DNA of 42,836 nt from a virus, in IMG/VR virus record IMGVR_UViG_3300045988_108122, positions 1-42,836 of that record, one strand, 5' to 3'. The notes below the pieces were generated by a model. That model ran no database searches. It was not told the origin of the DNA and was given only the letters and a program-made list of their open reading frames with translations. The position numbers and the translations under genes are program-made. How positions within the stretch are numbered: position 1 is the first letter of the stretch; each line of letters starts with the position of its first letter. Positions 31,780-39,350 of this stretch are shown one piece after another.

Positions 31780-32202
31780 CTATTCTTCTCGAAAGTCAAT
31801 ATCTGGGTACTTATAAAGCAGCATCTTTTTCTTTATCAAATATACTGGTGTTTTCATACCCTTTGTATCAACGTAATATATATGCCCATCAGCTTCCGTA
31901 ACTTTGAAATCAGCCTTGTAAATAATCGGCCTTATCTTTTTACCTGCGACCTCGTAGCCGGGCTGTAAAACGAATTCAGGCTGTAATTCAATGCTTTTTA
32001 CTGCACCGGTACGCTGCTGCCAAAGTAGGTCCTCATAATATTTTGCTTCTTTCCTGCTATCAAAGCGAATCCCGTCAACCTCAGTTATTGCATTACCATA
32101 TTTCAGCACAGGTACAGCCCCTGGTAAATTCGCCGGCGCCGTTACGCTGTCCGAACGTATTTTATTTATAAGACGTGCCGGCAGCTCATTCCACGTAGTC
32201 AT
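31780..32202 (-). CDS. DUF1064-type endonuclease (resolvase-like), 140 aa
   Basis: KYGNAITEVDGIRFDSRKEAKYYEDL...YKADFKV...YVDTKG matches the DUF1064 pattern. Confidence 0.7.
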   Translation of the reverse strand: MTTWNELPARLINKIRSDSVTAPANLPGAVPVLKYGNAITEVDGIRFDSRKEAKYYEDLLWQQRTGAVKSIELQPEFVLQPGYEVAGKKIRPIIYKADFKVTEADGHIYYVDTKGMKTPVYLIKKKMLLYKYPDIDFREE

Positions 32203-32205
32203 TTA

Positions 32206-32526
32206 CTAATACCATTTCAGTCGTTGACCGCAATGATGACAATGCTCGTTTTCTTCATATTCTTCCATATCGTTGTAACCTACCTTCTTATGGCAATTCG
32301 GACAGAGCACATCGTCACATTCATTATATCCATCCGGTACCGGACACATTGGAGTATCTTTTCTCCGCAATCGCGCTAACTTTCCGCCAAGCTGGCTGTT
32401 CTTCCGGCGCAGATGTTTGAGTTCAGTCAGTATCTGCATAAGTACTGGTTTCAATACTGGTACATACTGATCGCCTGGTTCTTTTTCGATTAACGCCATC
32501 ATAATTTTTATATTTATTGGTTTCAC
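32206..32526 (-). CDS. Zinc-ribbon hypothetical protein
   Basis: It has CPNC...CHHCG pairs. I prefer the GTG at 32526, which lies 9 nt after AAGGAG, over the TTG at 32535. Confidence 0.55.
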   Translation of the reverse strand: MKPINIKIMMALIEKEPGDQYVPVLKPVLMQILTELKHLRRKNSQLGGKLARLRRKDTPMCPVPDGYNECDDVLCPNCHKKVGYNDMEEYEENEHCHHCGQRLKWY

Positions 32527-32634
32527 TATTTCCAACTCCTTATATTAACAGGCCGCCCCCTACGGGCTAATCACCTCCGCAGGGGTATACTTCCCTTTAT
32601 GCTTGTATATAGTTAGTATGCGCGGCCGTTTTAA

Positions 32635-33687
32635 CTAAAATAAATTTATCGGTATCTCGGCTTCTGCTGCCTTGCAGTATACTGGATTAAGATCAATCCC
32701 TATATACTGCCTGCCGTATCTATTTGCAACTCTACAAGTAGTCCCGCTGCCGACAAACGGATCAAGTACAACGTCACCTTCGGCAGTGCCGGCTAAAATA
32801 CAATTAACTGCCAGTTCGTCCGGAAACGTAGCGTAATGATTTTTACCACAGCTCGATGTCGGCATATTCCATACACTACGCTTGTTACGATAATCGGTAA
32901 CGTATTCAAACGGAATGTTTCCAGCAAAACCGCCTTTGCTTATTCCTGGTACTGGACGTTCTTTACGCTTCTTATTACAACTACCTCTACGCCGACTTTG
33001 AACACCGCCGAAGGCTCCTTTACTGCCGCCAACAGCTTTCATGTTTTTTGTTCCGCCGTGCGCTCGTGCGGATCCTGATTGATGTTCAATGTCCTGTTTA
33101 AGTCGATCAATCGTACTATTTGCAATAGGCTCTTTTATCGCCTCAGAGTTAAACCAATACCTCTGCTGTTTCGCTAGCAAGAAAATATACTCGTGGCTTT
33201 TTGTGCATCTATCCCGTACACTCTCCGGCATACAGTTTGACTTTGACCAAATTATGTCCTGACGTAGTATCCAACCACTATCCTGTAAGGCAAACGCAAG
33301 TCGCCAAGGTATTCCCATTAGATTTTTAGCAGGTAAATCATACTTACAATTCGTAATAGCCTTTTGCCCCAATAAACCTTTACGCCCAGCCTCTTTGGTG
33401 CCTTTAGCATGCTGCGGATAACCTGCGCTACCTTTCATGCTTCCAGAGTAGCTATCGGCTATATTAACCCACAACGTACCATCGTCAGTTAGTACCCGCT
33501 TAACTTCTGCAAAGACCTCAACAAGTCGGGCAATGTACTCCTGCATTGTTGGCTCAAGTCCTATTTGCCCTGGTACACCATAATCACGTAGGTTAAAGTA
33601 AGGCGGCGACGTTACACAGCATCTGCAACTTTTATCCGGTAAAGTACGTAATACGGTTAGTGCATCGCCGCATATGATTTTATTCAT
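32635..33687 (-). CDS. Orphan DNA methyltransferase, N4/N6 beta-class with SPPY motif IV
   Basis: The N-terminal VTSPPYF (motif IV) and C-terminal DPFVGSGTT (motif I) are present. No partner restriction gene is evident nearby. Confidence 0.85.
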   Translation of the reverse strand: MNKIICGDALTVLRTLPDKSCRCCVTSPPYFNLRDYGVPGQIGLEPTMQEYIARLVEVFAEVKRVLTDDGTLWVNIADSYSGSMKGSAGYPQHAKGTKEAGRKGLLGQKAITNCKYDLPAKNLMGIPWRLAFALQDSGWILRQDIIWSKSNCMPESVRDRCTKSHEYIFLLAKQQRYWFNSEAIKEPIANSTIDRLKQDIEHQSGSARAHGGTKNMKAVGGSKGAFGGVQSRRRGSCNKKRKERPVPGISKGGFAGNIPFEYVTDYRNKRSVWNMPTSSCGKNHYATFPDELAVNCILAGTAEGDVVLDPFVGSGTTCRVANRYGRQYIGIDLNPVYCKAAEAEIPINLF

Positions 33688-33714
33688 TGCTTGCCTCCTA
33701 AAGTTGACTGCATA

Positions 33715-34500
33715 TCAAAACGGTTCTGACTTATTAGCGTTCAGCTTGTCAAAATATTCTTCGCCTAAAATCTGTAGTTCTGCCATATCTGCAGCAAGGT
33801 TATATATTTTTGCATGCTTATTATTTCCATGTGTATCGGTAACCTTAGCTCTAAATTCGGCAATAGTCCCTAAGAAACAACCACAAGACACTGTTATACC
33901 TTTGTCTTTATTTTTGAAAAATGTCGTAAAACTAAATCTACTACCAATGCGACCGATCAATAAATAGTCAGCGTTGCCGTACACCATAGCATCGCCGTAC
34001 ACCCTAGCATCGCCGCACACCCTAGCGTTGCCGCACACCCTAGCGTCGTCGCACACCTCAGCGTCGCCGCACACCTCAGCGTTGCCGCACACCCTAGCGT
34101 TGCCGCACACCCTAGCGTCGTCGCACACCTCAGCGTCGCCGCACACCTCAGCGTTGCCGCACACCCTAGCGTTGCCGTACACCTCAGCGTCGCCGCACAC
34201 CCTAGCGTCGTCGTACACCCTAGCGTTGCCGTACACCTCAGCGTCGCCGTACACCTCAGCGTTGCCGTACACCCTAGCGTTGCCGTACACCATAGCGTTG
34301 CCGTACACCTCAGCGTCGCCGTACACCCTAGCGTTGCCGTACACCCAAGCGTCGCCATCTTGCGCTAAGTTATCTTCTTTTTCCACATATCCACCAAGTT
34401 CACCAGCTTCAACACTTCCAAAGCTAATTAAAGCCTTAATCCTAAATAATTTCTTGCCCCATTGTTCTATAAACTCTGCTGTCAACCCATACTTTTTCAT
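33715..34500 (-). CDS. Hexapeptide-repeat (beta-helix-like) phage protein, 261 aa
   Basis: About 21 consecutive G(N/D)A(R/E/M)V(Y/C) hexapeptides lie between a conserved-looking N-terminal domain and a C-terminal domain (VSCGCFLGTIAEFRAKV). Confidence 0.8.
   Translation of the reverse strand: MKKYGLTAEFIEQWGKKLFRIKALISFGSVEAGELGGYVEKEDNLAQDGDAWVYGNARVYGDAEVYGNAMVYGNARVYGNAEVYGDAEVYGNARVYDDARVCGDAEVYGNARVCGNAEVCGDAEVCDDARVCGNARVCGNAEVCGDAEVCDDARVCGNARVCGDARVYGDAMVYGNADYLLIGRIGSRFSFTTFFKNKDKGITVSCGCFLGTIAEFRAKVTDTHGNNKHAKIYNLAADMAELQILGEEYFDKLNANKSEPF
33971..34348. repeat. Tandem array of 21 x 18-bp repeats, including a perfect 72-bp tandem duplication (34025-34096 = 34097-34168)
   Basis: I read the units directly, for example GCGTTGCCG(T/C)ACACC(C/A/T)(T/C)A. 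All six frames are open across the array. Confidence 0.95.
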
Positions 34501-34513
34501 AGTTACCGCTCCT

Positions 34514-35164
34514 TTAAACTTTAGCTAAATCACCTTGACGACATGCTGACCGTTTTGGTACTACATCAGGCACTAACGGATGATATTTATAACACCGTTC
34601 ACGATCAGCAACCACATAAGTAAATCCGCTTTCTTTGTCTACTCTCAAAAACGGTTGATGTCCGCTGTATGGGCAATCAACAGTATTAATACATTCAGCG
34701 CATTTTCGTTCAACGTCTGCGATAAAGCTGATATCGTTGTAATTACGCTTTATAAAGCTATCGTCGGCATCAGGGAAAATCCTCTTTGCTGCAGCTCTAA
34801 CTTTCCCGCTCATTGGCTGTCGTAGTTCGCCAAATGTTTTGCCGGCAGCAAGATCAGCAAACAACTTTTTAACAAACTCATTTGCCGCTTTAGAATTACG
34901 CTCAATAGCCTTCTTCTCTGCACCGATTTTATTTTGTCGCAGGATTGATAAAGTATTATTAATATCTGCCCATGTTGGCCAATATTTATTATTATCAGCG
35001 ATATAATCAACAGTATCGCCCCACATCTCAATGTCTGTGTACTTATAACGCTCCAGGGTTTGCCTTTCGATAGTTTTTTTTGCATCTTCGCTTCCCCAGT
35101 TTGGCTTTAATCCCGCCGCCTGCCACACTTCATACGCTGCCGTTATCTCTCTAAGTTCCAACAT
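34514..35164 (-). CDS. Replication-module protein (216 aa), possible helicase-loader-like N-domain plus Cys-rich C-domain
   Basis: It lies immediately after the initiator gene. NKYWPTWADINNTL recalls G39P-like loaders. The function is tentative. Confidence 0.45.
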   Translation of the reverse strand: MLELREITAAYEVWQAAGLKPNWGSEDAKKTIERQTLERYKYTDIEMWGDTVDYIADNNKYWPTWADINNTLSILRQNKIGAEKKAIERNSKAANEFVKKLFADLAAGKTFGELRQPMSGKVRAAAKRIFPDADDSFIKRNYNDISFIADVERKCAECINTVDCPYSGHQPFLRVDKESGFTYVVADRERCYKYHPLVPDVVPKRSACRQGDLAKV

Positions 35165-36077
35165 ACGGCATATCCCTCACTTCCTCCCAGTCCAGCCCCA
35201 TAAAACAAGCCAGTCTGTATTTTCTTTTCTCTGGAGGTATCGCTGCCCAGCGCTCCTTATTTTTTGCAATCCATTCGTCTTTCTCTTGTGCTTCCCTGTC
35301 AGCAGCTTGCACTGCTTCAGACAATTTGATTTCATCCGTCCAGCGTTCATCCTGCAAAAAAGTATCAGGATCAGGTATGTACCTTCCGTTCTCCTCCTGC
35401 CACTGATTAGTTTTTTTGTATCTCTCAACAGCAGCATTAATCAATGCGTACTGTTCTTCAGAGTGTACACGCATATTCATCCATGCTATTCTTGCAACAG
35501 GCTTTTTCCTTTTCGACGGATATAATTCCCAAAAACATTCAAAGCCTTTTTCTTTTTCGTTAACCTCTAATCCATTTTGGGTTTGCTCGCATGCGTGCGC
35601 GTTATTATTATTATTATCATTGTTTATCATTGTTATATTATTATCATTATTGTTAGATGTTAGCTGACTGTTAGGGTGTCTGTTAGGTGTCTGTTGACCG
35701 TCTGTTAGCTGACTGTTAGGTTGTCTGTTATCGACTTCCCTTTTTCCTTGATAAACCTGCCAGTTTACTATAGTTATCAGCCTTCCAGTCTTTGTTGATT
35801 GGTCTGTTAAAAAATTCATATTTTCAAACTTTTTTAACGCAGTCCTTACATTTTGGACTGTTAGTCCATTTCCGCAAGCTTTTACGATATTAGGCAAGCT
35901 TGTTATAAATTGTCCCGGTTGGCAAATAAATTCTTCTCCCTGCCAATACCACTTTTTTTCACTGTGATTTGCCATTAAAAGCAGGGTGATTAAAATTACC
36001 TTTTGCTCAACTGTCGTAACCTGCCAAATCGGACTATCTAACAATTTTCGATGTAAAGCAATAAACCCAGTATTCAT
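35151..36077 (-). CDS. Replication initiator / replisome organiser (308 aa)
   Basis: It has an N-terminal winged-helix-like region (FIALHRKLLDSPIW) and a C-terminal FECFWELYPSKRKK motif typical of phage DnaD/organiser proteins. It contains internal DNA iterons. Confidence 0.7.
   Translation of the reverse strand: MNTGFIALHRKLLDSPIWQVTTVEQKVILITLLLMANHSEKKWYWQGEEFICQPGQFITSLPNIVKACGNGLTVQNVRTALKKFENMNFLTDQSTKTGRLITIVNWQVYQGKREVDNRQPNSQLTDGQQTPNRHPNSQLTSNNNDNNITMINNDNNNNNAHACEQTQNGLEVNEKEKGFECFWELYPSKRKKPVARIAWMNMRVHSEEQYALINAAVERYKKTNQWQEENGRYIPDPDTFLQDERWTDEIKLSEAVQAADREAQEKDEWIAKNKERWAAIPPEKRKYRLACFMGLDWEEVRDMPYVGT
35601..35730. repeat. Candidate phage replication origin: AT-rich tract (35601-35650) plus CTGTTAG-type iterons (35651-35730) inside the initiator gene
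   Basis: TGTTAG or TGTCTGTTA(G) units recur at least 7 times. The 14-mer AGCTGACTGTTAGG occurs twice, at 35662-35675 and 35707-35720. Confidence 0.55.
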
Positions 36078-36083
36078 AGCACT

Positions 36084-36374
36084 TTACTCCTGATGGTCAT
36101 ATTTTGTAGATAAATACGCTTTTACCTTTTGCCCAATTACAACGCCCTCGGCGGCATTGTGGCGCAGGTAATGGCATTTATTACAAAGCATTGCCATATC
36201 TTCCAATCTATCCTGTCCGCCTTGTGACTTTAGTGGCTCATGGTGTGGCTTAACTCCAGGCTCAACAAAGCTATTGCAGTTTACACACAAACAATCATCA
36301 CGCCGATATACTTCCTCGCAGAGTTTTTTAAGCGCTTTACCTTTAAGTCTTATCCTCTTTATTTTTGGAATCAT
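36084..36374 (-). CDS. HNH endonuclease (96 aa)
   Basis: The motifs CVNC...HHEPLKSQGGQD...LCNKCHYLRH are present. Confidence 0.8.
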   Translation of the reverse strand: MIPKIKRIRLKGKALKKLCEEVYRRDDCLCVNCNSFVEPGVKPHHEPLKSQGGQDRLEDMAMLCNKCHYLRHNAAEGVVIGQKVKAYLSTKYDHQE

Positions 36375-36918
36375 CTTTAACGCCCCACTCCTTGATCAGC
36401 TCATCTAATTCTTCCTGCGGCCTTGTTTCTACACCAATATCTTTTGCCATAGATACCAAACAATCTATAAAACGGCTCATCTCTTTCGTGTCATAAGCAC
36501 TGCTACCGTAATATACCCTTACATTGCTATAGCCTTTAATGTTCTGACATTCACCAAGCAATTCAGCTATCCAGCCAACACCATTGCTTTGCCAAATTTC
36601 AATAGTTCTGTTTACAGCGTCAGTTGGCACTGGCCATATTCTGCCGTAACCACATTCCCTGATTGCCTTCCTGTAGACATCTTCCTTGCTGTGAAAGCTC
36701 TCTTCTGACAGCTTTTCTGCTATCTTTTGGCATAATACCCAAGCGTATTTATTAGCGTCGTTAGAACGCCCTTTTCGCCATTGCTTGACCTCTACAACAT
36801 ACTGCTTTTCAGGATCGATTTTATTGATTTCTTCTTCCTCTGATAAAGGGACAGGTACTACTAAATTTATGTATCCCATCCCTTTTAATGTCTGTAACCC
36901 TTTAACCGTGAACTTCAT
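36343..36918 (-). CDS. Recombination-module protein (191 aa), NinB-like (tentative)
   Basis: It is adjacent to the annealing protein. RSNDANKYAWVLCQKIAE resembles NinB-type proteins. This comparison is from memory and is weak. Confidence 0.4.
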   Translation of the reverse strand: MKFTVKGLQTLKGMGYINLVVPVPLSEEEEINKIDPEKQYVVEVKQWRKGRSNDANKYAWVLCQKIAEKLSEESFHSKEDVYRKAIRECGYGRIWPVPTDAVNRTIEIWQSNGVGWIAELLGECQNIKGYSNVRVYYGSSAYDTKEMSRFIDCLVSMAKDIGVETRPQEELDELIKEWGVKDDSKNKEDKT

Positions 36919-37604
36919 TTCATCCCAGCTGCCTTAGAATTGATCATTGATCTAATAGCATCATAAGCATCAGAATATTTTTCATCTTCAAGAATTTCTT
37001 CTAAATTTTTCAGAGTTAAATATTCTACGTCATACCATTCGTTATTTCGAGTACTTTTAACTTGACACTGAATACCATTTATAAATCTTACATAACCAGA
37101 TGCACTGGTAGACGTAATTTGAATTGGGCTTTCTTCTTGACGTTTCTTTTCTTCACGTTTATCAGCTTGCCGTTTTTCATGTTTTGTTTCATAAAAACCG
37201 CGATATACAGAAGCCGCAACACCAACGTACTTCAAAGCATTCCCGAGTGCATCTGTTAAACACATCTTATAAGCTTCATCATTAGGTTCAATCCCATTCT
37301 TATTTTTCTTTACAATCATATCGCCACCATAACCAGGGATAGGAGCACTCCAATTTTCACCGTCTTTTATGAACAAATTCACCTGCATAAAAAGCAATAT
37401 TCTTCCGTCATCCTGCATACAAGTAGTACGTATATCAACAATTTCAAATTTCCAACCAATTCCACACATCCCATATTTTTCCGTCATTGCTTCTATTTTC
37501 CATTGCGGATTAATATCACTTTTACCACGCAATGCACCAAATTCTATTTCTTTTAAAGCATCTTTTGGCGGATTAGATACAGATGTATATCTATCGTCCA
37601 TCAT
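36915..37604 (-). CDS. Rad52-like single-strand annealing protein (229 aa)
   Basis: GIGWKFE...NDEAYKMCLTDALGNALKYVGVAASVY matches the conserved Rad52/Sak-type motif. Confidence 0.65.
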   Translation of the reverse strand: MMDDRYTSVSNPPKDALKEIEFGALRGKSDINPQWKIEAMTEKYGMCGIGWKFEIVDIRTTCMQDDGRILLFMQVNLFIKDGENWSAPIPGYGGDMIVKKNKNGIEPNDEAYKMCLTDALGNALKYVGVAASVYRGFYETKHEKRQADKREEKKRQEESPIQITSTSASGYVRFINGIQCQVKSTRNNEWYDVEYLTLKNLEEILEDEKYSDAYDAIRSMINSKAAGMK

Positions 37605-37843
37605 AATGCCCTCCCCGGATAGCTTAGTATCATCTTGCTACGTAATTCAGCTGTTGTTATTCCCTGGTTAGGTTGATAATCTTCAATTTTATTTTCAATA
37701 CTATTTGCACTACTTTTGATCCATTTCAGCAATATACTGACTTTAGCTTCATCACCGTCCAGATCATCCATTTCTTTCAGATTCTCTAAAATAGCCTCTG
37801 CTTCATATCTAATCGAATATACTAAATCATCAAAATTATCCAT
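37601..37843 (-). CDS. Acidic early hypothetical protein (80 aa)
   Basis: It is an intact ORF with a GGAGGATTGCAAGC RBS and an ATGA overlap with the next gene. Confidence 0.6.
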   Translation of the reverse strand: MDNFDDLVYSIRYEAEAILENLKEMDDLDGDEAKVSILLKWIKSSANSIENKIEDYQPNQGITTAELRSKMILSYPGRAL

Positions 37844-37845
37844 GC

Positions 37846-37874
37846 TTGCAATCCTCCAATTCTTTTGCTAAAAT
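37846..37874 (+). promoter_or_regulatory. Strong plus-strand promoter facing against the early operon
   Basis: The elements are TTGCAA (37846-37851), a 17-nt spacer, and TAAAAT (37869-37874) with an extended -10 TGC. It overlaps the RBS and start region of 37601-37843. Confidence 0.6.
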
Positions 37875-37880
37875 GAAGGT

Positions 37881-37954
37881 GGACGCTAAACTTCGTAAAA
37901 TTTACAGTCCACCTGAGCTATCGAAGCTGCTACTTCGGTAGCTCTTTTCTTTTG
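37881..37954 (+). ncRNA. Candidate small RNA or terminated leader of about 75 nt
   Basis: The first hairpin pairs GGTGGAC (37878-37884) with GTCCACC (37907-37913). A 12-bp terminator stem pairs 37915-37926 with 37933-37944, with one U.G pair, and is followed by TTTTCTTTTG. Confidence 0.5.
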
Positions 37955-37963
37955 CTTTGTCAT
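37886..37963 (-). CDS. Possible 25-aa peptide (alternative reading of the same locus)
   Basis: An AGGAGGAG RBS lies 5 nt before the ATG at 37963. The product is MTKQKKRATEVAASIAQVDCKFYEV. It overlaps the plus-strand RNA candidate, so only one interpretation may be right. Confidence 0.25.
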   Translation of the reverse strand: MTKQKKRATEVAASIAQVDCKFYEV

Positions 37964-38026
37964 AATCACTCCTCCTAAACTAAATCAGATACTTCACAGT
38001 TCATTGCTGCTGCAATTTTCCTGAGT

Positions 38027-38311
38027 GTGGATAATTTAACATCCGTTGACCTTAATAAAAAGGGCCAAGATTATGAAAATGTCATTCAGGCTATTAAGGA
38101 TGCCAGTGATGGAACTTGGTGCACTTATTGGAAATCTTCTTTTTTGATACGAAGCAATTACTTAACTGCTGACCAAGTTTTCACCAAAATAAAGCCATAT
38201 GTGGATGGAAATGATAGTGTTATTGTTATCGAAGTAGTAAACAATAAACAAGGATGGCTGACCGAAAAACAATGGGCTTATATTAAAGACAATATTTTTG
38301 CGGACAAGTGA
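38027..38311 (+). CDS. Reverse-oriented small protein (94 aa) with Cas2/VapD-like ferredoxin-fold appearance (tentative)
   Basis: It is the only long ORF here and lies antisense to the early operon. It starts at a GTG with a poor RBS. The pattern VDLNKKGQDYENVIQAIK...SSFLI...DSVIVIEV suggests a beta-alpha-beta-beta-alpha-beta fold. Confidence 0.45.
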   Translation: MDNLTSVDLNKKGQDYENVIQAIKDASDGTWCTYWKSSFLIRSNYLTADQVFTKIKPYVDGNDSVIVIEVVNNKQGWLTEKQWAYIKDNIFADK

Positions 38312-38552
38312 TGCCAGGTTCACCACTTTCGTGAACACCATTGCTGTCCTCGAAGATTTTAACTCTGGACAAGTTACTTTCTTCAAAGGATATGATGAAC
38401 TCTGGATTAACATAAATTGTTTTACCTTCTGTTTTGACCTTAATAAATCCAGCTAGGACATCGGTATCCACTTCAAACTCTGTTTTGTCGAACTCATCAC
38501 CGTTCGCAAGGCAGAGTTTGTTTGTTTTTATAAGACATTTATCTTCGTTCAT
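38283..38552 (-). CDS. Early hypothetical protein (89 aa)
   Basis: It is an intact ORF whose ATGA overlap couples it to the upstream small ORF. Confidence 0.55.
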   Translation of the reverse strand: MNEDKCLIKTNKLCLANGDEFDKTEFEVDTDVLAGFIKVKTEGKTIYVNPEFIISFEESNLSRVKIFEDSNGVHESGEPGITCPQKYCL

Positions 38553-38644
38553 CTCAACACCCCTACAGTCACTACAGCAGCCATAATAGCAATGTATGTT
38601 CCGACAAATATTGCAGTAGTTGCTACGGTAAAATCTCTAATCAT
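38549..38644 (-). CDS. 31-aa single-TM peptide
   Basis: The product is MIRDFTVATTAIFVGTYIAIMAAVVTVGVLR. It has ATGA overlaps at both ends, which suggests translational coupling. Confidence 0.4.
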   Translation of the reverse strand: MIRDFTVATTAIFVGTYIAIMAAVVTVGVLR

Positions 38645-38799
38645 AAGCCTGCCACCTGCCCCATAGCGTAACCTATGTTATATATCAGCTTAACTACTGT
38701 TGCTATAGCCAAAGCAGTTAAAGACCATACACAAGGCTGTTGCTTAATACTCTCTTTCATTACTACTGCTGTTCCTGCTACTTTGATTAATGCTTTCAT
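38641..38799 (-). CDS. 52-aa small membrane protein
   Basis: A GGAGG RBS lies 7 nt before the ATG at 38799. It has a hydrophobic core (VWSLTALAIATVVKLIY). Confidence 0.45.
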   Translation of the reverse strand: MKALIKVAGTAVVMKESIKQQPCVWSLTALAIATVVKLIYNIGYAMGQVAGL

Positions 38800-38810
38800 A
38801 ATTCAACCTC

Positions 38811-39062
38811 CTATAAAGCCTTTAACGCTGCTTCAAAATCAAAATTTTTCCTTCGCTTACGACTTCGCTTTATCCCATTAGATCGATATTCCATATTCTC
38901 ACGCATAACTTGTGCTAAAGCTTCATCAACTAGCGGAGGATCTAACCTATATACCTTACCAATCCGAAGGTATGGGACAATTCCTTCACGGCAATACCTT
39001 CGAATGGTAACCAACGATAATCCTCTGCTTTTCGCATATTCGTCACACGTCACAAGCTCCAT
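38811..39062 (-). CDS. Excisionase-family / MerR-like HTH DNA-binding protein (83 aa)
   Basis: The ATG at 39062 has an AAGGAGG RBS. The HTH is YAKSRGLSLVTIRRYCREGIVPYLRIGKVYRL. Confidence 0.65.
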   Translation of the reverse strand: MELVTCDEYAKSRGLSLVTIRRYCREGIVPYLRIGKVYRLDPPLVDEALAQVMRENMEYRSNGIKRSRKRRKNFDFEAALKAL

Positions 39063-39195
39063 CTTCCTGATCCTCCTTTCTTTCAATTTCATCAAGTCCT
39101 TTACTATCCTTAACATACTTTTCTTCAAATTCTTCAGGGCTTAAATTCTTTACCACTTCGACAAACTTTGCCAAAGCTTCATCTTTCTTGTTCAT
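39043..39195 (-). CDS. Small acidic protein (50 aa)
   Basis: The ATG at 39195 has a weak GAGAG RBS. It overlaps the next start by 20 nt. It falls below the ORF-track cutoff. Confidence 0.35.
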   Translation of the reverse strand: MNKKDEALAKFVEVVKNLSPEEFEEKYVKDSKGLDEIERKEDQEDGACDV

Positions 39196-39215
39196 GGTAT
39201 ATCTCTCTTTCAAAG

Positions 39216-39318
39216 TTGATATACCAGTCGAAGCGTGTTATAATGTTCTCGTCAGCTTCGGCTGGTCACAAGAAACACTCGCTAAACTTTTCCAGGGTAC
39301 AGCGGGTGTTTCTTTTTT
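39216..39318 (+). ncRNA. Promoter plus small RNA of about 70 nt, antisense to the early (PR-type) transcript (OOP-like arrangement)
   Basis: The promoter is TTGATA (39216-39221), a 17-nt spacer, and TATAAT (39239-39244) with an extended -10 TGT. A CAGC-UUCG-GCUG hairpin follows. An 11-bp terminator stem pairs 39272-39282 with 39302-39312 and is followed by T6. Confidence 0.55.
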
Positions 39319-39321
39319 GTG

Positions 39322-39350
39322 TTGTAAAAGAACCTGCTCCTTCTTATAAT
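39322..39350 (+). promoter_or_regulatory. Second plus-strand promoter, for the 58-aa gene
   Basis: The elements are TTGTAA (39322-39327), a 17-nt spacer and TATAAT (39345-39350). Confidence 0.55.

Noticed and set aside
33971-34348. Tandem repeats as a CRISPR array or as a diversity-generating retroelement target
   Set aside because: The units are contiguous with no spacers, so this is not a CRISPR array. No reverse transcriptase gene or template/variable repeat pair exists in the window. The Tyr/Cys differences are not adenine-specific mutagenesis, because TAC and TGC differ at an A/G position but the pattern is blockwise.
33957-34528. Two long ORFs (33957-34358 minus, 33974-34528 plus) overlap the hexapeptide-repeat gene
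   Set aside because: They exist only because the 18-bp repeat unit has no stop codon in any frame. Their products are monotonous (TLGCTATL..., PHTLALPHT...). They lack an RBS and unique flanking domains, unlike the 261-aa frame.
38162-38881. ORFs 38162-38413 (minus) and 38675-38881 (plus)
   Set aside because: The first is antisense to the better-supported 94-aa ORF, has a hydrophobic nonsense-like sequence and lacks an RBS. The second is antisense to two translationally coupled small minus-strand ORFs that have good RBSs.
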